32,000 nucleotides of DNA from Candidatus Harpocratesius repetitus (GTDB taxonomy: Archaea > Asgardarchaeota > Lokiarchaeia > Sigyniarchaeales > Promethearchaeaceae): assembly GCA_021498095.1 (NCBI GenBank), contig JAIZWK010000001.1, forward strand, positions 1,860,001-1,892,000. The letters run 5' to 3'. Below, one piece after another: positions 17,779 to 27,500 of the stretch; the first letter of the stretch is position 1, and every line of letters begins with the position of its first letter. Below the pieces are notes generated by a model that saw only the letters and a list, made by a program, of their open reading frames with translations, was not told where the DNA came from and ran no database searches. Position numbers and translations under genes: made by a program.

Positions 17779-18129
17779 ATGCAGTCTAATGGATACCGAA
17801 CCTTTGTTTTTCCATGGACGCACTTTTCATCTTTAAATATTGCTCGAATCATCTATATTTCTCGCAAACACCTCTGGTATCATAAATCTTGCTCCCATCT
17901 TCAATTTCCCATCTTTCGGCATTACCAACGTAACATTTGTTATTCTACCGAAGAGCAACTGCAATTATTTAATTTAATTCAAGACATGCAGATAGATCGA
18001 AAAGGAAAAATCCCGATTAGTATAATTAGAAAAGAATATGAACTAAAACTTAAGGAAGCAGAGTCTCAAAAAATGAAAAAATCGCAGAAAAGACAAAGTA
18101 AAAGAAAATCTTTATCTGTAAAACAATAA
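17779..18129 (+). pseudogene. Probable 3' remnant of a decayed gene
   Basis: 116-aa ORF preceded by stop-interrupted, protein-like frames from ~17457 and a poly-T run at 17764-17772; no family recognised. Confidence 0.35.
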
Positions 18130-18142
18130 ACCCACTTTAAAG

Positions 18143-19423
18143 TTATGTTAAGCAATTTCTAACTTTCATTTCTCTATAATGTGTCAGAGCTTGCATGATT
18201 ATATCTAAAAGTGCCTGTGATTCTTCAATCAACTGCAAATTTGAAGTGATTATCGGATGTCGGGAAAAGCCGAACATAACTGCATCTTCATATTTTCCTT
18301 TTATTTTTTTACTTGGAACCCATGCGGGTAAATAGCCTTGAATTATATACATGGGATGTTGAAGGAAATAGGAAATGAGTAAATTGTCTGCAACCAGAAC
18401 AATCCATTCAATATATTCTGCTCCTAAAGACCAGGCTACCTCATGAAATTTAGCCAACATTGTTCCAACTAAACTTGGATCTGTGAGTTGAAATTTGATT
18501 TTTTCAACCGTTTTTACTGAAGGAGTGAACAATCCTTGAATTGTATCTCCTGTGGTTGGATCGTGAATGATGAAGTGAGTGTATTTGTATTCATCGGTGG
18601 TAATTCCAACCTTCAATTCTCGAATTCGTGCAACATCGGTAGGAAATGATTCATCCGCTATCGGAATGATTTCAACAGGCGCGGATCGTTCCATCATGGT
18701 ATTAGCATGATCATAAAAAGGTAAGAGAGGAGCAGGTAATCCTTTTGGAAAAATTCTACACCCTTCATATATATGCCTTCTAAAAGACAAAAGAAAAGCA
18801 TCGGATTCTCGCTGGTTGTAGAATACATCCTTTTCCAACATAAGAGCATAGGGATGAAGATCACCCGTTCTTCCCAAATATTGTACGGTGGTGTGTGCCG
18901 TTCGCGCTTCGATATACCATTTATCTATCTTATCGATGTGATCTTCTAGAAAATTTCGCATTACAGCGGAAGCCATTTCTCTAATACCAACGCGCGCTTG
19001 ATAACTGGGATGAACGTTCAATCCCCTGAGGTATCCTGTTCGAGTTTCTGGATCTATGGTAACGGTGTAGCAACCGATAATTTTATTCCGCTTGACGGTC
19101 TTGAAAATGCCCCAATAGTAATTGGGATCGCTGAATGATGAAAATACAAATGCAGGGTCGAGCATTTCGGGATAGGGAAATGTGCCCTGGTAAACCGCAT
19201 TATAAATTTTGACAATTGCTTTTGCATCTTCATAGGTGGAAGGTCGTGCGAATTTTGTGGGAACGATTCGTTTTTTCGGCTTTAATTCAATGTGATTGCC
19301 TTGTAGGTCGTATTTTTCGACAATCTCATCAATATCCTTCATTGCAGGAAATTCAAATTTCTTATTTTCTGAATTTATATTTGAAGGATCCGGCATTATA
19401 TTTGTTTGAATTTGAGACTCCAT
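18143..19423 (-). CDS. GNAT-family N-acetyltransferase (probably two GNAT domains)
   Basis: RPSTYEDAKAIVKIY..VY, GYLRGLNVHPSYQARVG acetyl-CoA-binding motif, second degenerate GNAT-like half. Confidence 0.8.
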   Translation of the reverse strand: MESQIQTNIMPDPSNINSENKKFEFPAMKDIDEIVEKYDLQGNHIELKPKKRIVPTKFARPSTYEDAKAIVKIYNAVYQGTFPYPEMLDPAFVFSSFSDPNYYWGIFKTVKRNKIIGCYTVTIDPETRTGYLRGLNVHPSYQARVGIREMASAVMRNFLEDHIDKIDKWYIEARTAHTTVQYLGRTGDLHPYALMLEKDVFYNQRESDAFLLSFRRHIYEGCRIFPKGLPAPLLPFYDHANTMMERSAPVEIIPIADESFPTDVARIRELKVGITTDEYKYTHFIIHDPTTGDTIQGLFTPSVKTVEKIKFQLTDPSLVGTMLAKFHEVAWSLGAEYIEWIVLVADNLLISYFLQHPMYIIQGYLPAWVPSKKIKGKYEDAVMFGFSRHPIITSNLQLIEESQALLDIIMQALTHYREMKVRNCLT

Positions 19424-19522
19424 AAATGAAAAAAAGATATAAGTATTTAAATGAGCAAAAAAAAAATAAATGGTTTTAAAATAAAAAAGAGATATATTTC
19501 ATTTTATAATGCAATATTTGTC

Positions 19523-21253
19523 TTATTTTTCTTCATCTATAGCTTTTAATAAAGAAGGTAGTTGAGAGGGTAAAATAATTGAAAAATGTTTGAAATTTGA
19601 TAATGCACCTTCTGATTTTACAATAAAAGGGTAGAATTTAGCATTGGTATTGCATAAACCTTTTAAAATTTCTTTTTTATCTTTTGAAGCTTCATTAATA
19701 ATTCTACGACACCAAAAAGGATTTTCTTTAAATTCTAATATTTTTTTTGCCTTTTTTTCCAATTTCTTCTGCCATTTCAAATCATTTTTTAAAAATTTGC
19801 CTGAATCGAAATGATCAAGAATATCAGAAAGAACTTTTTTACATTCTAAAATTAGCACTTTGGATCCTTTTACAGCAACCACATCAAATTCCATAAAAGA
19901 ATTATAATGGAGAAATTTCTCAATTTCTATAATTGGAAAAGGCCAATCGTTAAATTGATTCTTCATTTTTTTATATAATTTGTATTTTGGATATTTTTTA
20001 TTAATTGGGCCCCGAAATATAAGTTTACATGGAGAATAGCCGTTATCTTGACATATTTGAGCAACTTCTTTTTCAAAAATATTTCCACAATACTGCCTAA
20101 TTTCAGCTGATTTTGAAAGATTGAAAATATAATGCAGATAAGCCGTAAAAATTTGATAAATTGAAGTATAATAAAATCCCATAGAATAAAAGCCGATATA
20201 TTGTTTGATCTTACTGGTAAAAACCATAAAAGTATTTAGATCAAATTTTTGAATAATATCTTCTTCAGAGGAAAATTCCGGAAATTTATGCTTTTGATTC
20301 TCTAAAAAGAATTGGTTTATAAAGAATTTCAATTCTTCAGGATTAAAAACTTGAGATAGTTCTTTATTTATTGAATAAGGATCTAATCCGATACATACAT
20401 TTGTATTGCGCCTTCTATTTCTTTTTACATTTTTTTTATTTTTGGAATACTTTTTGGTTTTTGATATATAATCATACTTATAAAGGATTTTATGGAAAAG
20501 TATCTGAAAAGCTTTAAACTTTTTGATTATTTTTTCCTTCGATTTTGGTAGATGTTCAATAAAATAATCCCTAATTGCTTCAAAATGCAGCGGTTCAAAC
20601 CATTTTTGAGAAAATATTATTAGTGTTATTTTCAAAAATATGTGATCTGCGGGTTTTCCTAAATTTTTATGAACATCTATTAGCTTTGAAAAATATTCCA
20701 TTTCCGACATATTGTTTGAATAAAAATTGAGATAGAAAGAATGAAATTTTGTTATCAATTCATCAACCAATTTTCCTGTATAAAACTTTTCAAAATCGGA
20801 AAATGCTTTTACTGCAGGAAAATTCTTGAGAATTTCAAAATTAGGATACATATAAAAAACAGCATTGATATTTTTATTTTCCGACCCTCCTAATTCTTTT
20901 AACGTTTCTTTAGAAATTAGAGCGTTATGTAAACAGCTAAAATTTAGCGGGAGTTGAAGCTTAGGTGATAAATTAACAAATTTTTTTGGATTTTTTATAG
21001 GCATGTAATAATTTGCTATCGCTAATACATATAATGCCCCTAAACCAAAATCCAGTTTTGATCCTAACTCTTGACTTGTAAATGTTTGGTGGGTTGGGAG
21101 ATAATATTTAGGGAAAAATCTAACCATATAAGTAAATGCAATTGAGATACTTTCTTTTAGATTAAATTGATGCATATTTCGGATAAAATTATACATCTTA
21201 ACCTTTCCCTGCTCATTTAAAAGATTCTCAATTTGAAATGTTGATTGAGACAT
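19523..21253 (-). CDS. Hypothetical protein with C-terminal PD-(D/E)xK (NERD/restriction-endonuclease-like) domain
   Basis: GNIFEKEV...EFDVVAVKGSKVLILECKK (19838-19891). ATG 21253 or 21262 is more plausible than the track's 21319, which overlaps the upstream stop. Confidence 0.65.
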   Translation of the reverse strand: MSQSTFQIENLLNEQGKVKMYNFIRNMHQFNLKESISIAFTYMVRFFPKYYLPTHQTFTSQELGSKLDFGLGALYVLAIANYYMPIKNPKKFVNLSPKLQLPLNFSCLHNALISKETLKELGGSENKNINAVFYMYPNFEILKNFPAVKAFSDFEKFYTGKLVDELITKFHSFYLNFYSNNMSEMEYFSKLIDVHKNLGKPADHIFLKITLIIFSQKWFEPLHFEAIRDYFIEHLPKSKEKIIKKFKAFQILFHKILYKYDYISKTKKYSKNKKNVKRNRRRNTNVCIGLDPYSINKELSQVFNPEELKFFINQFFLENQKHKFPEFSSEEDIIQKFDLNTFMVFTSKIKQYIGFYSMGFYYTSIYQIFTAYLHYIFNLSKSAEIRQYCGNIFEKEVAQICQDNGYSPCKLIFRGPINKKYPKYKLYKKMKNQFNDWPFPIIEIEKFLHYNSFMEFDVVAVKGSKVLILECKKVLSDILDHFDSGKFLKNDLKWQKKLEKKAKKILEFKENPFWCRRIINEASKDKKEILKGLCNTNAKFYPFIVKSEGALSNFKHFSIILPSQLPSLLKAIDEEK

Positions 21254-21296
21254 AATTTTCATCACTTTTTTACATAGGAAAAAAAAGATCGATAAT

Positions 21297-21830
21297 TTAA
21301 AATAAATTAATTTGATCATCTAGTAGTTTTTTTTTGGTGGATTTTTTCTTTTTTACCGTTATTTTTTTCTTCTTTTTCGCTCCTGCTCCTTTCAATTTAT
21401 TTTCAGAATCAGCCAATGCTTTCTCCACCGCTGCCAAAGGATCGGTCGGTAGATTTTCAATATTTTTATTATCTGATTCAGATTCTTCTACATTATCGGC
21501 AGTTTCAAAAGAAAATTCATCCTTTTTATTTCCTTTTCCCTTCTTTTTCATTGATTTTTCATCGGGATAAACCACAGTTTCACTGTCTGAAATTCCGGCT
21601 TCGGTAATGAAAAACGAACAGGATTCGGGAGGTAAATCGGGAGCATCAACAATAATTGCAGTACGTTCTAAACTTTGATTGGCAGAAAACCCTTTGGTCT
21701 TGAACTGAATTCGAAAATGACAGCCGTGAGCGACAATATTACCTCCAATAGCATCATCTGCTGAAAAAGTCCCTTTCATTTGGGTGGCAACTTGATTTGT
21801 AACCAGCACAGCAATGTTGTAGGTTTCAGC
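21297..21830 (-). pseudogene. radA: 5'-truncated RadA/Rad51-family recombinase (C-terminal part plus long acidic/Lys-rich tail)
   Basis: AETYNIAVLVTNQV...GGNIVAH...R.A.IVDAPDLP...F.ITEAGISD. Homology starts abruptly at ~21830, with an in-frame TGA a few codons upstream and no Walker A/B. Confidence 0.8.
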
Positions 21831-22290
21831 AAAAAAGCTGTTTCTTCACCTGCAGAAGTTATTCCCTTCTATATTTTTATCAGATAAGACTTTTTATAAT
21901 GTAATTCAAAAATTAAAAAAGTGCGGTTTTGTTCTGTGCGAATATTCAAATACTGTTCCTCGATATATGAAAATTAAGTGCACCTTTTCAGGTAATACTT
22001 TTTTTCAAGAATTATTTAATCCACTTCTTTTAATGAATTCTAATTTTTCTTTCACCAATCAAGAAATAAAAAATAAAAATAATTTATCAACACAATCTAT
22101 CTTTACAAAATTTGTAATAGACAAAGCGGAACAAATAGATCTTATCGAATATATTGAGTATGCAATTTTGGATTTTACTTCTGAAGAAATAGAATCGATA
22201 TCTGAAAAAAAAGCGGAAAAATTAAAAAATATCGCAACCAGAATCTTAAAAAAAATTACGCAAAATTTAGGAATCTTTTTAGAAGAATAA
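21823..22290 (+). pseudogene. 5'-truncated winged-helix (PadR/MarR-like) protein
   Basis: The frame of track ORF 21967-22290 is open from 21823: SAKKLFLHLQKLFPSIFLSDKTFYNVIQKLKKCGFV...PRYMKIKCTFSG. There is no ATG/GTG/TTG before 21967, which lies after the HTH. Confidence 0.6.
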
Positions 22291-22332
22291 CTTGTTTTTT
22301 TAATTTTAAATACCAAAAAAATTTATTATTCT

Positions 22333-22890
22333 ATGCCTGGAAAAAACATTTCACATGATTTTGCTGATGAATTGTCAAATCTCTCACTTGAACACTTTTC
22401 ACATCTTGTATCTTACTTAAAATCTCATGTTAAGGATATTCCATTTAATTTTTCCACCATTGCGGGCGATTTAGGTTGGTCAATAGATAGAGTTCATGCT
22501 ATGTTCATGTTAATTCGAGATCTTTACCAACTATTTCGGGTGCAGGAAGAAGAACTGGCGCAGAAAATGAACAATCTTTACATCCTTAAAAATGATCCAT
22601 CAACACCTATTACATTAAAAATGACAGAGCAGCAGCTGCAAGATTTGGTGGATTTTCATTTTCTCACTTCCAAGCGTCCACAGTCTCTCATCACTCTGCA
22701 GAAAATACCCCGACTTCACCAATTAATTCTTGATTACCCCCCATTATTTCATCAAGTTGAAGGGAAAGGGGGTTGGGAACTCAATGAATCGGGAAAAATG
22801 GTATCGGAACAATTCAAACGGTTTCAAAGGGTGCATATAATTCCTGAAAATATTATAGCAAAGACAATCTTTATCGAAATTATTCATTAA
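22333..22890 (+). CDS. Hypothetical protein, possible N-terminal HTH
   Basis: 185-aa ORF with ATG start; FNFSTIAGDLGWSIDRVHAMF resembles an HTH. Confidence 0.65.
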   Translation: MPGKNISHDFADELSNLSLEHFSHLVSYLKSHVKDIPFNFSTIAGDLGWSIDRVHAMFMLIRDLYQLFRVQEEELAQKMNNLYILKNDPSTPITLKMTEQQLQDLVDFHFLTSKRPQSLITLQKIPRLHQLILDYPPLFHQVEGKGGWELNESGKMVSEQFKRFQRVHIIPENIIAKTIFIEIIH

Positions 22891-22973
22891 GTAGTAATTA
22901 CCGTAAAATTGATAGTTATAAAGATTTGAATACCCGTTTTTATTTTTAATTTGCGTTGTTTTTTCCATTTAAT

Positions 22974-23591
22974 ATGCAACCTTCAATGACTGTAGATTTA
23001 ATGCACGAATTTATTCAGCAAGCAACTATTGGGATTTCAAATTATTTTGCCCCCTTTATGGAACTTCCGCCTGATGAATATACTTTTACCTTTTTCCTTA
23101 AACGATTTTTAATATCAACAATAAGCAGATGGTGGAATAAAGAAAATATGCCTTGGAAGGTTGAAAATCATATTGAAGAATTAATAATTAAAAATCGAGC
23201 TTTTTCGAGATACAATATAATAATCTATCAAAAAACTGATAATGGTCAACAAGCATGGGTTTTTCTAAAAATTAATCTCAGTCCTGGAAAAATAAATCTG
23301 TTCAAATGGGATCTTAACCGCATTAATCTTCGATTTAATTCCAACCAAGCGAAATATAAGATCGTAGGAATCTTGGTGGGAAATTTACCTGTGTGCTATC
23401 TTTCTTTAAGGTTTAATAAAGAACTTTTCTCAATAAACGGCAGAAATTATCAAGAAATACTTAAGAATAATAATTTTTCCGAGTTTGAACCAAATGAAGA
23501 AGAAAAAATAAAAAATATTGAAATTAAAGAAGAATTATATAAAAATAGCGACGATAATGACAGAATTGATCTACTGATAAAAACTGCATGA
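22974..23591 (+). CDS. Hypothetical protein (possibly frameshifted at the 3' end)
   Basis: ATG 22974 within the track ORF; a protein-like continuation exists in other frames to ~23738. Confidence 0.5.
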   Translation: MQPSMTVDLMHEFIQQATIGISNYFAPFMELPPDEYTFTFFLKRFLISTISRWWNKENMPWKVENHIEELIIKNRAFSRYNIIIYQKTDNGQQAWVFLKINLSPGKINLFKWDLNRINLRFNSNQAKYKIVGILVGNLPVCYLSLRFNKELFSINGRNYQEILKNNNFSEFEPNEEEKIKNIEIKEELYKNSDDNDRIDLLIKTA

Positions 23592-23749
23592 TAAGTTATT
23601 TAAGGAAATTAAAAGAATAGAGATGAATTTCAAAATCGAAAAAATTTCGATGAAATTGATATTTATGAAGAAAATTATCAGATTTGCATGGTGTGGATAA
23701 ATTTCTGCAAAAAAAAAATATTTAGTATTTTTTCATGATGTGATTTAAT

Positions 23750-24013
23750 ATGAATACACAAGATTTGATTAAAAAGCAAAATTCTGGCAAAAAATCGTTG
23801 AATCGAATTGCTTCTTTAGATTTTCAGCGTGGATTAGCTGTTTGAATGATGGTATTTCTTCATGTATTTAATCATATCTATGATTATTCATGGGTTAACA
23901 TGGATACAATGTTTAATGGTTCAGTTCCATATTTACTTGCAGGATCTTTGGTAATATTAGCATTTTTTGGAAGTTGGGCAGGATATTTTGTGCTTCAAAT
24001 GCAAATGATGTAG
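23750..24013 (+). pseudogene. 5' remnant of a DUF1624/HGSNAT-like membrane protein, with in-frame TGA at 23843-23845
   Basis: MNTQ...RIASLDFQRGLAV*MMVFLHVFNH...SWAGYFVL is homologous to the N-terminus of 15726-17030. It ends after 87 codons. Confidence 0.8.
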
Positions 24014-24262
24014 ATTCGGGCTCATCCACCAAAGGTACACTAATTATTTCCAATATTTCCATATTTTTGGAATATTCATAGAATAAATACTCTTGCATTC
24101 AGATAATTCAAAAAACAAGAAATTGAATACTTTTTTCATTTTTTGTAAGTGATACAAAAAACTTATTAGGCTTTAGTGACGATCTTATAAAGTAAACGTC
24201 AAGATGGGAACCTTCTTTAAATTCCCAATTTGATTACAAATAAAATAATAAAAGTGAAAAAA

Positions 24263-24991
24263 ATGAAAATTGGTGCTTTAATTGGGTTCATTATTGCTGC
24301 CTTAGGTGCTTTTCTTCGTACATTTGCATATTTTCAAGTTACCACAGTTGATTTATGGTTAGATTTTCGAAATGCTTCATCTGTAATAGAAACACCAGTT
24401 CCTTTAGTAATTGTTGGCCATGCCGTTTTTATCTTTGGAATGTTGTTAGTGTTTTCTTCCGGTTTTGTTAAAAGTACAGCTATGATGGTAATAGGTAATA
24501 TTTTCTTTATAATCACCTTTTTGATGGAATTGAGTTTTTGGTTCTTTAATTTAATGTATGGGGGAACTTTAATTATTTTTAATGGTGTATATACCCTTTC
24601 TGCTTTGATTTACATGCTTGGGTGCATCAGTTTCCGAAAACATAATGTAATTACAGTTATCACTGGAATATTACTCTTTTTGTTAATTGTAGGTGTTCAA
24701 GGTGTAATTGGGATTGGACTTATGGCTCAATTTTTTGACGATAATGGATTTGTAAGCATGTATTTTGTAGCGCAAAGTGTTTTGACCATTTTTTGGGCAT
24801 TTCATGCGTTATTATTTAGTTTTTCGAAAAAAGAGTTAGGATGGAGTCATGAAGATGAGGAAGATTCTCTGTCAGTTGAATCGGGAGCTGCCTTTGCCAG
24901 TTATGTTCCATATGAAACCGGACCTCGCACCGAAGGAAAGAGTAAAAAGAAGAAAAAGAAGAAAAAGGATGATTTTACCTTTGACTTTTAG
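24263..24991 (+). CDS. Multi-pass membrane protein with acidic/poly-Lys C-terminal tail
   Basis: About six hydrophobic segments; ATG 24263 preferred to TTG 24230. Confidence 0.8.
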   Translation: MKIGALIGFIIAALGAFLRTFAYFQVTTVDLWLDFRNASSVIETPVPLVIVGHAVFIFGMLLVFSSGFVKSTAMMVIGNIFFIITFLMELSFWFFNLMYGGTLIIFNGVYTLSALIYMLGCISFRKHNVITVITGILLFLLIVGVQGVIGIGLMAQFFDDNGFVSMYFVAQSVLTIFWAFHALLFSFSKKELGWSHEDEEDSLSVESGAAFASYVPYETGPRTEGKSKKKKKKKKDDFTFDF

Positions 24992-25122
24992 AGTATGAAG
25001 GAAATTATCGTTTCTTTTTAATTTTTTATCTTAATTTTTTTCATATTTCTAAGGTCAGTTCATTTATTTGGTTATATAGGTAATATATTCTTGAGATCTT
25101 TTTCTTTAGCCAAAAGATCTTT

Positions 25123-26619
25123 TTAATTGATATCTTGTGTTGTATTTAAAAATCTATAAGCTGTAAGAAGGTATACCTTTGTACATTTTATTAAATCATC
25201 AATATAGACAAATTCATCCGCATTATGTGCATTATCTCCGCTGGGGCCGAAGACAACAATATTCTTTATACCTGTTTTTCGAAAATGACTTGCATCGGTC
25301 ATACCAGGAGAAAGAAAGAATAAACGCTTTGTTCTATAAATTTTCTCAAATTGGGAAGCTAAAATAGTGCAAATTTCGCTGTCTTTAGATTCTATTCCGC
25401 CCGTATTCATAATCAATGGCTCTAAAGAAATATCAACTAATCGTTTTCGAACTTGGCGAGAGCGGTTATGAACACTTTTATTCTCAAATTCTGAGGGAAC
25501 TTCAACTCGGAAGTGCAATTTATTAGCGTAATGAACAATATCATCAATGATTGTTTGAAGTGAAATCCCTGGCAATGATCTAATATCCATCATTAGTGTA
25601 CAATCATCTGGAATAACATTTGATTTTGTTCCTGCTTGAATTTGGTTAAAACTGACTGTAGTATGAAAGTATGCATTCAATGGGAGTCCATCTTCATTGT
25701 AATTGCGGTCTTTTTCTTTTCTTTTCGGTTTTGGTTTTGAAAATAGAGAACCAAGCAATGTCGATATGCTGTATCGAGCTAATATCCCTTTAATAAGGTC
25801 TGAAAAAGTAACTGGTGGTTTAGGATCGTGAAATTTCAATCCCTTTTGGGCATTATTAATAAATCGGGCCGCTTTATTTAGTGCATTTGATTTTGGCTTT
25901 GGTTGAGAACCATGTCCAGAAGCTCCGTGAAAGTGTAATCGAATCCAATTTGCTCCTTTTTCCCCAATAATTATGGCTGGGCTTTTAATTGGGGGTTGTC
26001 CTGTTGGTTCCCCAATAATTCGCGCATCTGCTGCCACTACATCTGGAAATTTACTGGATAAAAATGCCGCGCCGTATTTTCCGCTGATTTCTTCATCTGG
26101 TGTGAAAATCATCTGCAATTCTCCCGAAAAATCTACTTTAGATTGTTTTAGTAGTGCCATTGCCATCATTTGGGCAGCAACACCACTTTTCATGTCGATC
26201 GCTCCTCTTCCGTATATTTTACCTTGAATTATTTCTGGTTTTAGTGGATTTTCGATCACTTTCCAAGTGTTTTGATTAAACGGAACAACATCTAAATGCC
26301 CCATAAATCCCAGCCGGCGACCAGGTTTATTTCCTTTAAGGTTAACAATTAAATTTGGCCAAGTATGTTGTTTTTCATTTCCTTGATGGGGACATTCTAT
26401 TATTTCTGTGTTGATATCCCATTTTTTAAAAAAAGCAGTGCAATATTTCACAATAGGATGAAGATCGCTGAAATGCTTTTCATTATATGTTCTAGTATCG
26501 AATTTAATCAAATCTTTAACTAAATCAATGAGTTCATTTTTATGGTTATCCACCATTACCAGCAGTTCTTGTTCTTTGGCAGATAGTGGCTCAAATGGTG
26601 TGATTTGTTTTTCATTCAT
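25123..26619 (-). CDS. M20/DapE/ArgE-family metallopeptidase
   Basis: GHLDVVP, IYGRGAIDMKSG, PDEEISG, IIGEPT, GHGS, GMTDASHF, GPSG..AHNADE. Confidence 0.95.
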   Translation of the reverse strand: MNEKQITPFEPLSAKEQELLVMVDNHKNELIDLVKDLIKFDTRTYNEKHFSDLHPIVKYCTAFFKKWDINTEIIECPHQGNEKQHTWPNLIVNLKGNKPGRRLGFMGHLDVVPFNQNTWKVIENPLKPEIIQGKIYGRGAIDMKSGVAAQMMAMALLKQSKVDFSGELQMIFTPDEEISGKYGAAFLSSKFPDVVAADARIIGEPTGQPPIKSPAIIIGEKGANWIRLHFHGASGHGSQPKPKSNALNKAARFINNAQKGLKFHDPKPPVTFSDLIKGILARYSISTLLGSLFSKPKPKRKEKDRNYNEDGLPLNAYFHTTVSFNQIQAGTKSNVIPDDCTLMMDIRSLPGISLQTIIDDIVHYANKLHFRVEVPSEFENKSVHNRSRQVRKRLVDISLEPLIMNTGGIESKDSEICTILASQFEKIYRTKRLFFLSPGMTDASHFRKTGIKNIVVFGPSGDNAHNADEFVYIDDLIKCTKVYLLTAYRFLNTTQDIN

Positions 26620-26685
26620 TATACTTGAACTTATTCGATTGGCACCAAAAAATCTATGTTATGTGATTAAGTGAAAAAAAGAATA

Positions 26686-26886
26686 TTATTGTAAACGATT
26701 AAAATTTAGCAAGTCGTCGATGATATTTACATGGCTTACCAGCATTCGTTGGCAACAAAATCGAGTGATCCCGAGCTTTTCCCAGATTTCTTCAATGGGT
26801 ATCCCTTCTTTACGCATTTGTTCATATGGTTCAAATAAATGAGCAATGGGTTTTCCGCATGAGAAACAACGCATAGGTATAATCAT
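26686..26886 (-). CDS. rpoN: DNA-directed RNA polymerase subunit Rpo10 (N)
   Basis: MIIPMRCFSCGKPI...LGITRFCCQRMLVSHV; ATG at 26886. Confidence 0.97.
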   Translation of the reverse strand: MIIPMRCFSCGKPIAHLFEPYEQMRKEGIPIEEIWEKLGITRFCCQRMLVSHVNIIDDLLNFNRLQ

Positions 26887-27500
26887 TATTATCACAAGTT
26901 GAATTAGTTCATGATTAACAAGGTAGCATAGGGTATAAAATTTGTGGAAGATTGGGTAAAATTCAAGAAAAAAATTGTGGAATTTCTGGAGGTGATTATT
27001 TTTTAGCGAATTTTGAACTATGAGGAACAGAGGCTCCTAAAAAGATGATTTTTGTACTAAGACGATAAAAAGTGCCATCTTTTTTTAGTGATTGTAAAAA
27101 AGACATTTGATTATTTTTTAGCCTATATTTAATGCGGCAGTTTATAAACAAAACCTAAACGTTATAATAAATATATTTTAATTCAAACGTTCAATTTATA
27201 AAATATGGTAAAATCTATCAGGTTTTATTTTATAAAAAGTATTTATGAAAAAACAAACTATACGAGGTGACAAAGATACTATGAAAATTAACAGCGATTT
27301 CGCTAACCAGGATAGGATAAAGATGCAGAATCAGAAATTTTTCCAATTTTAAAATTGATTTTTCTTTTTCTTAGATTTCTTTTTCATGAAATAGTAAAAA
27401 AATATATCAAAATCACTTTTGTTAATATATTAGCAAACGAACATGATTTCAAATAAAAACAGTGCTTTTTTTAACTCGCAGAGCAAATTTAAAAATAACC

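Noticed and set aside
21297-21830. radA split by an intein or trans-spliced
   Set aside because: No intein C-terminal His-Asn/Cys-Ser-Thr junction, and no N-terminal half in the window.
23843-23845. In-frame TGA as selenocysteine (Lokiarchaeia are known to use Sec)
   Set aside because: It falls in a transmembrane helix where Trp (TGG) is expected, the gene is truncated 56 codons later, and no SECIS is visible. A nonsense mutation is simpler.
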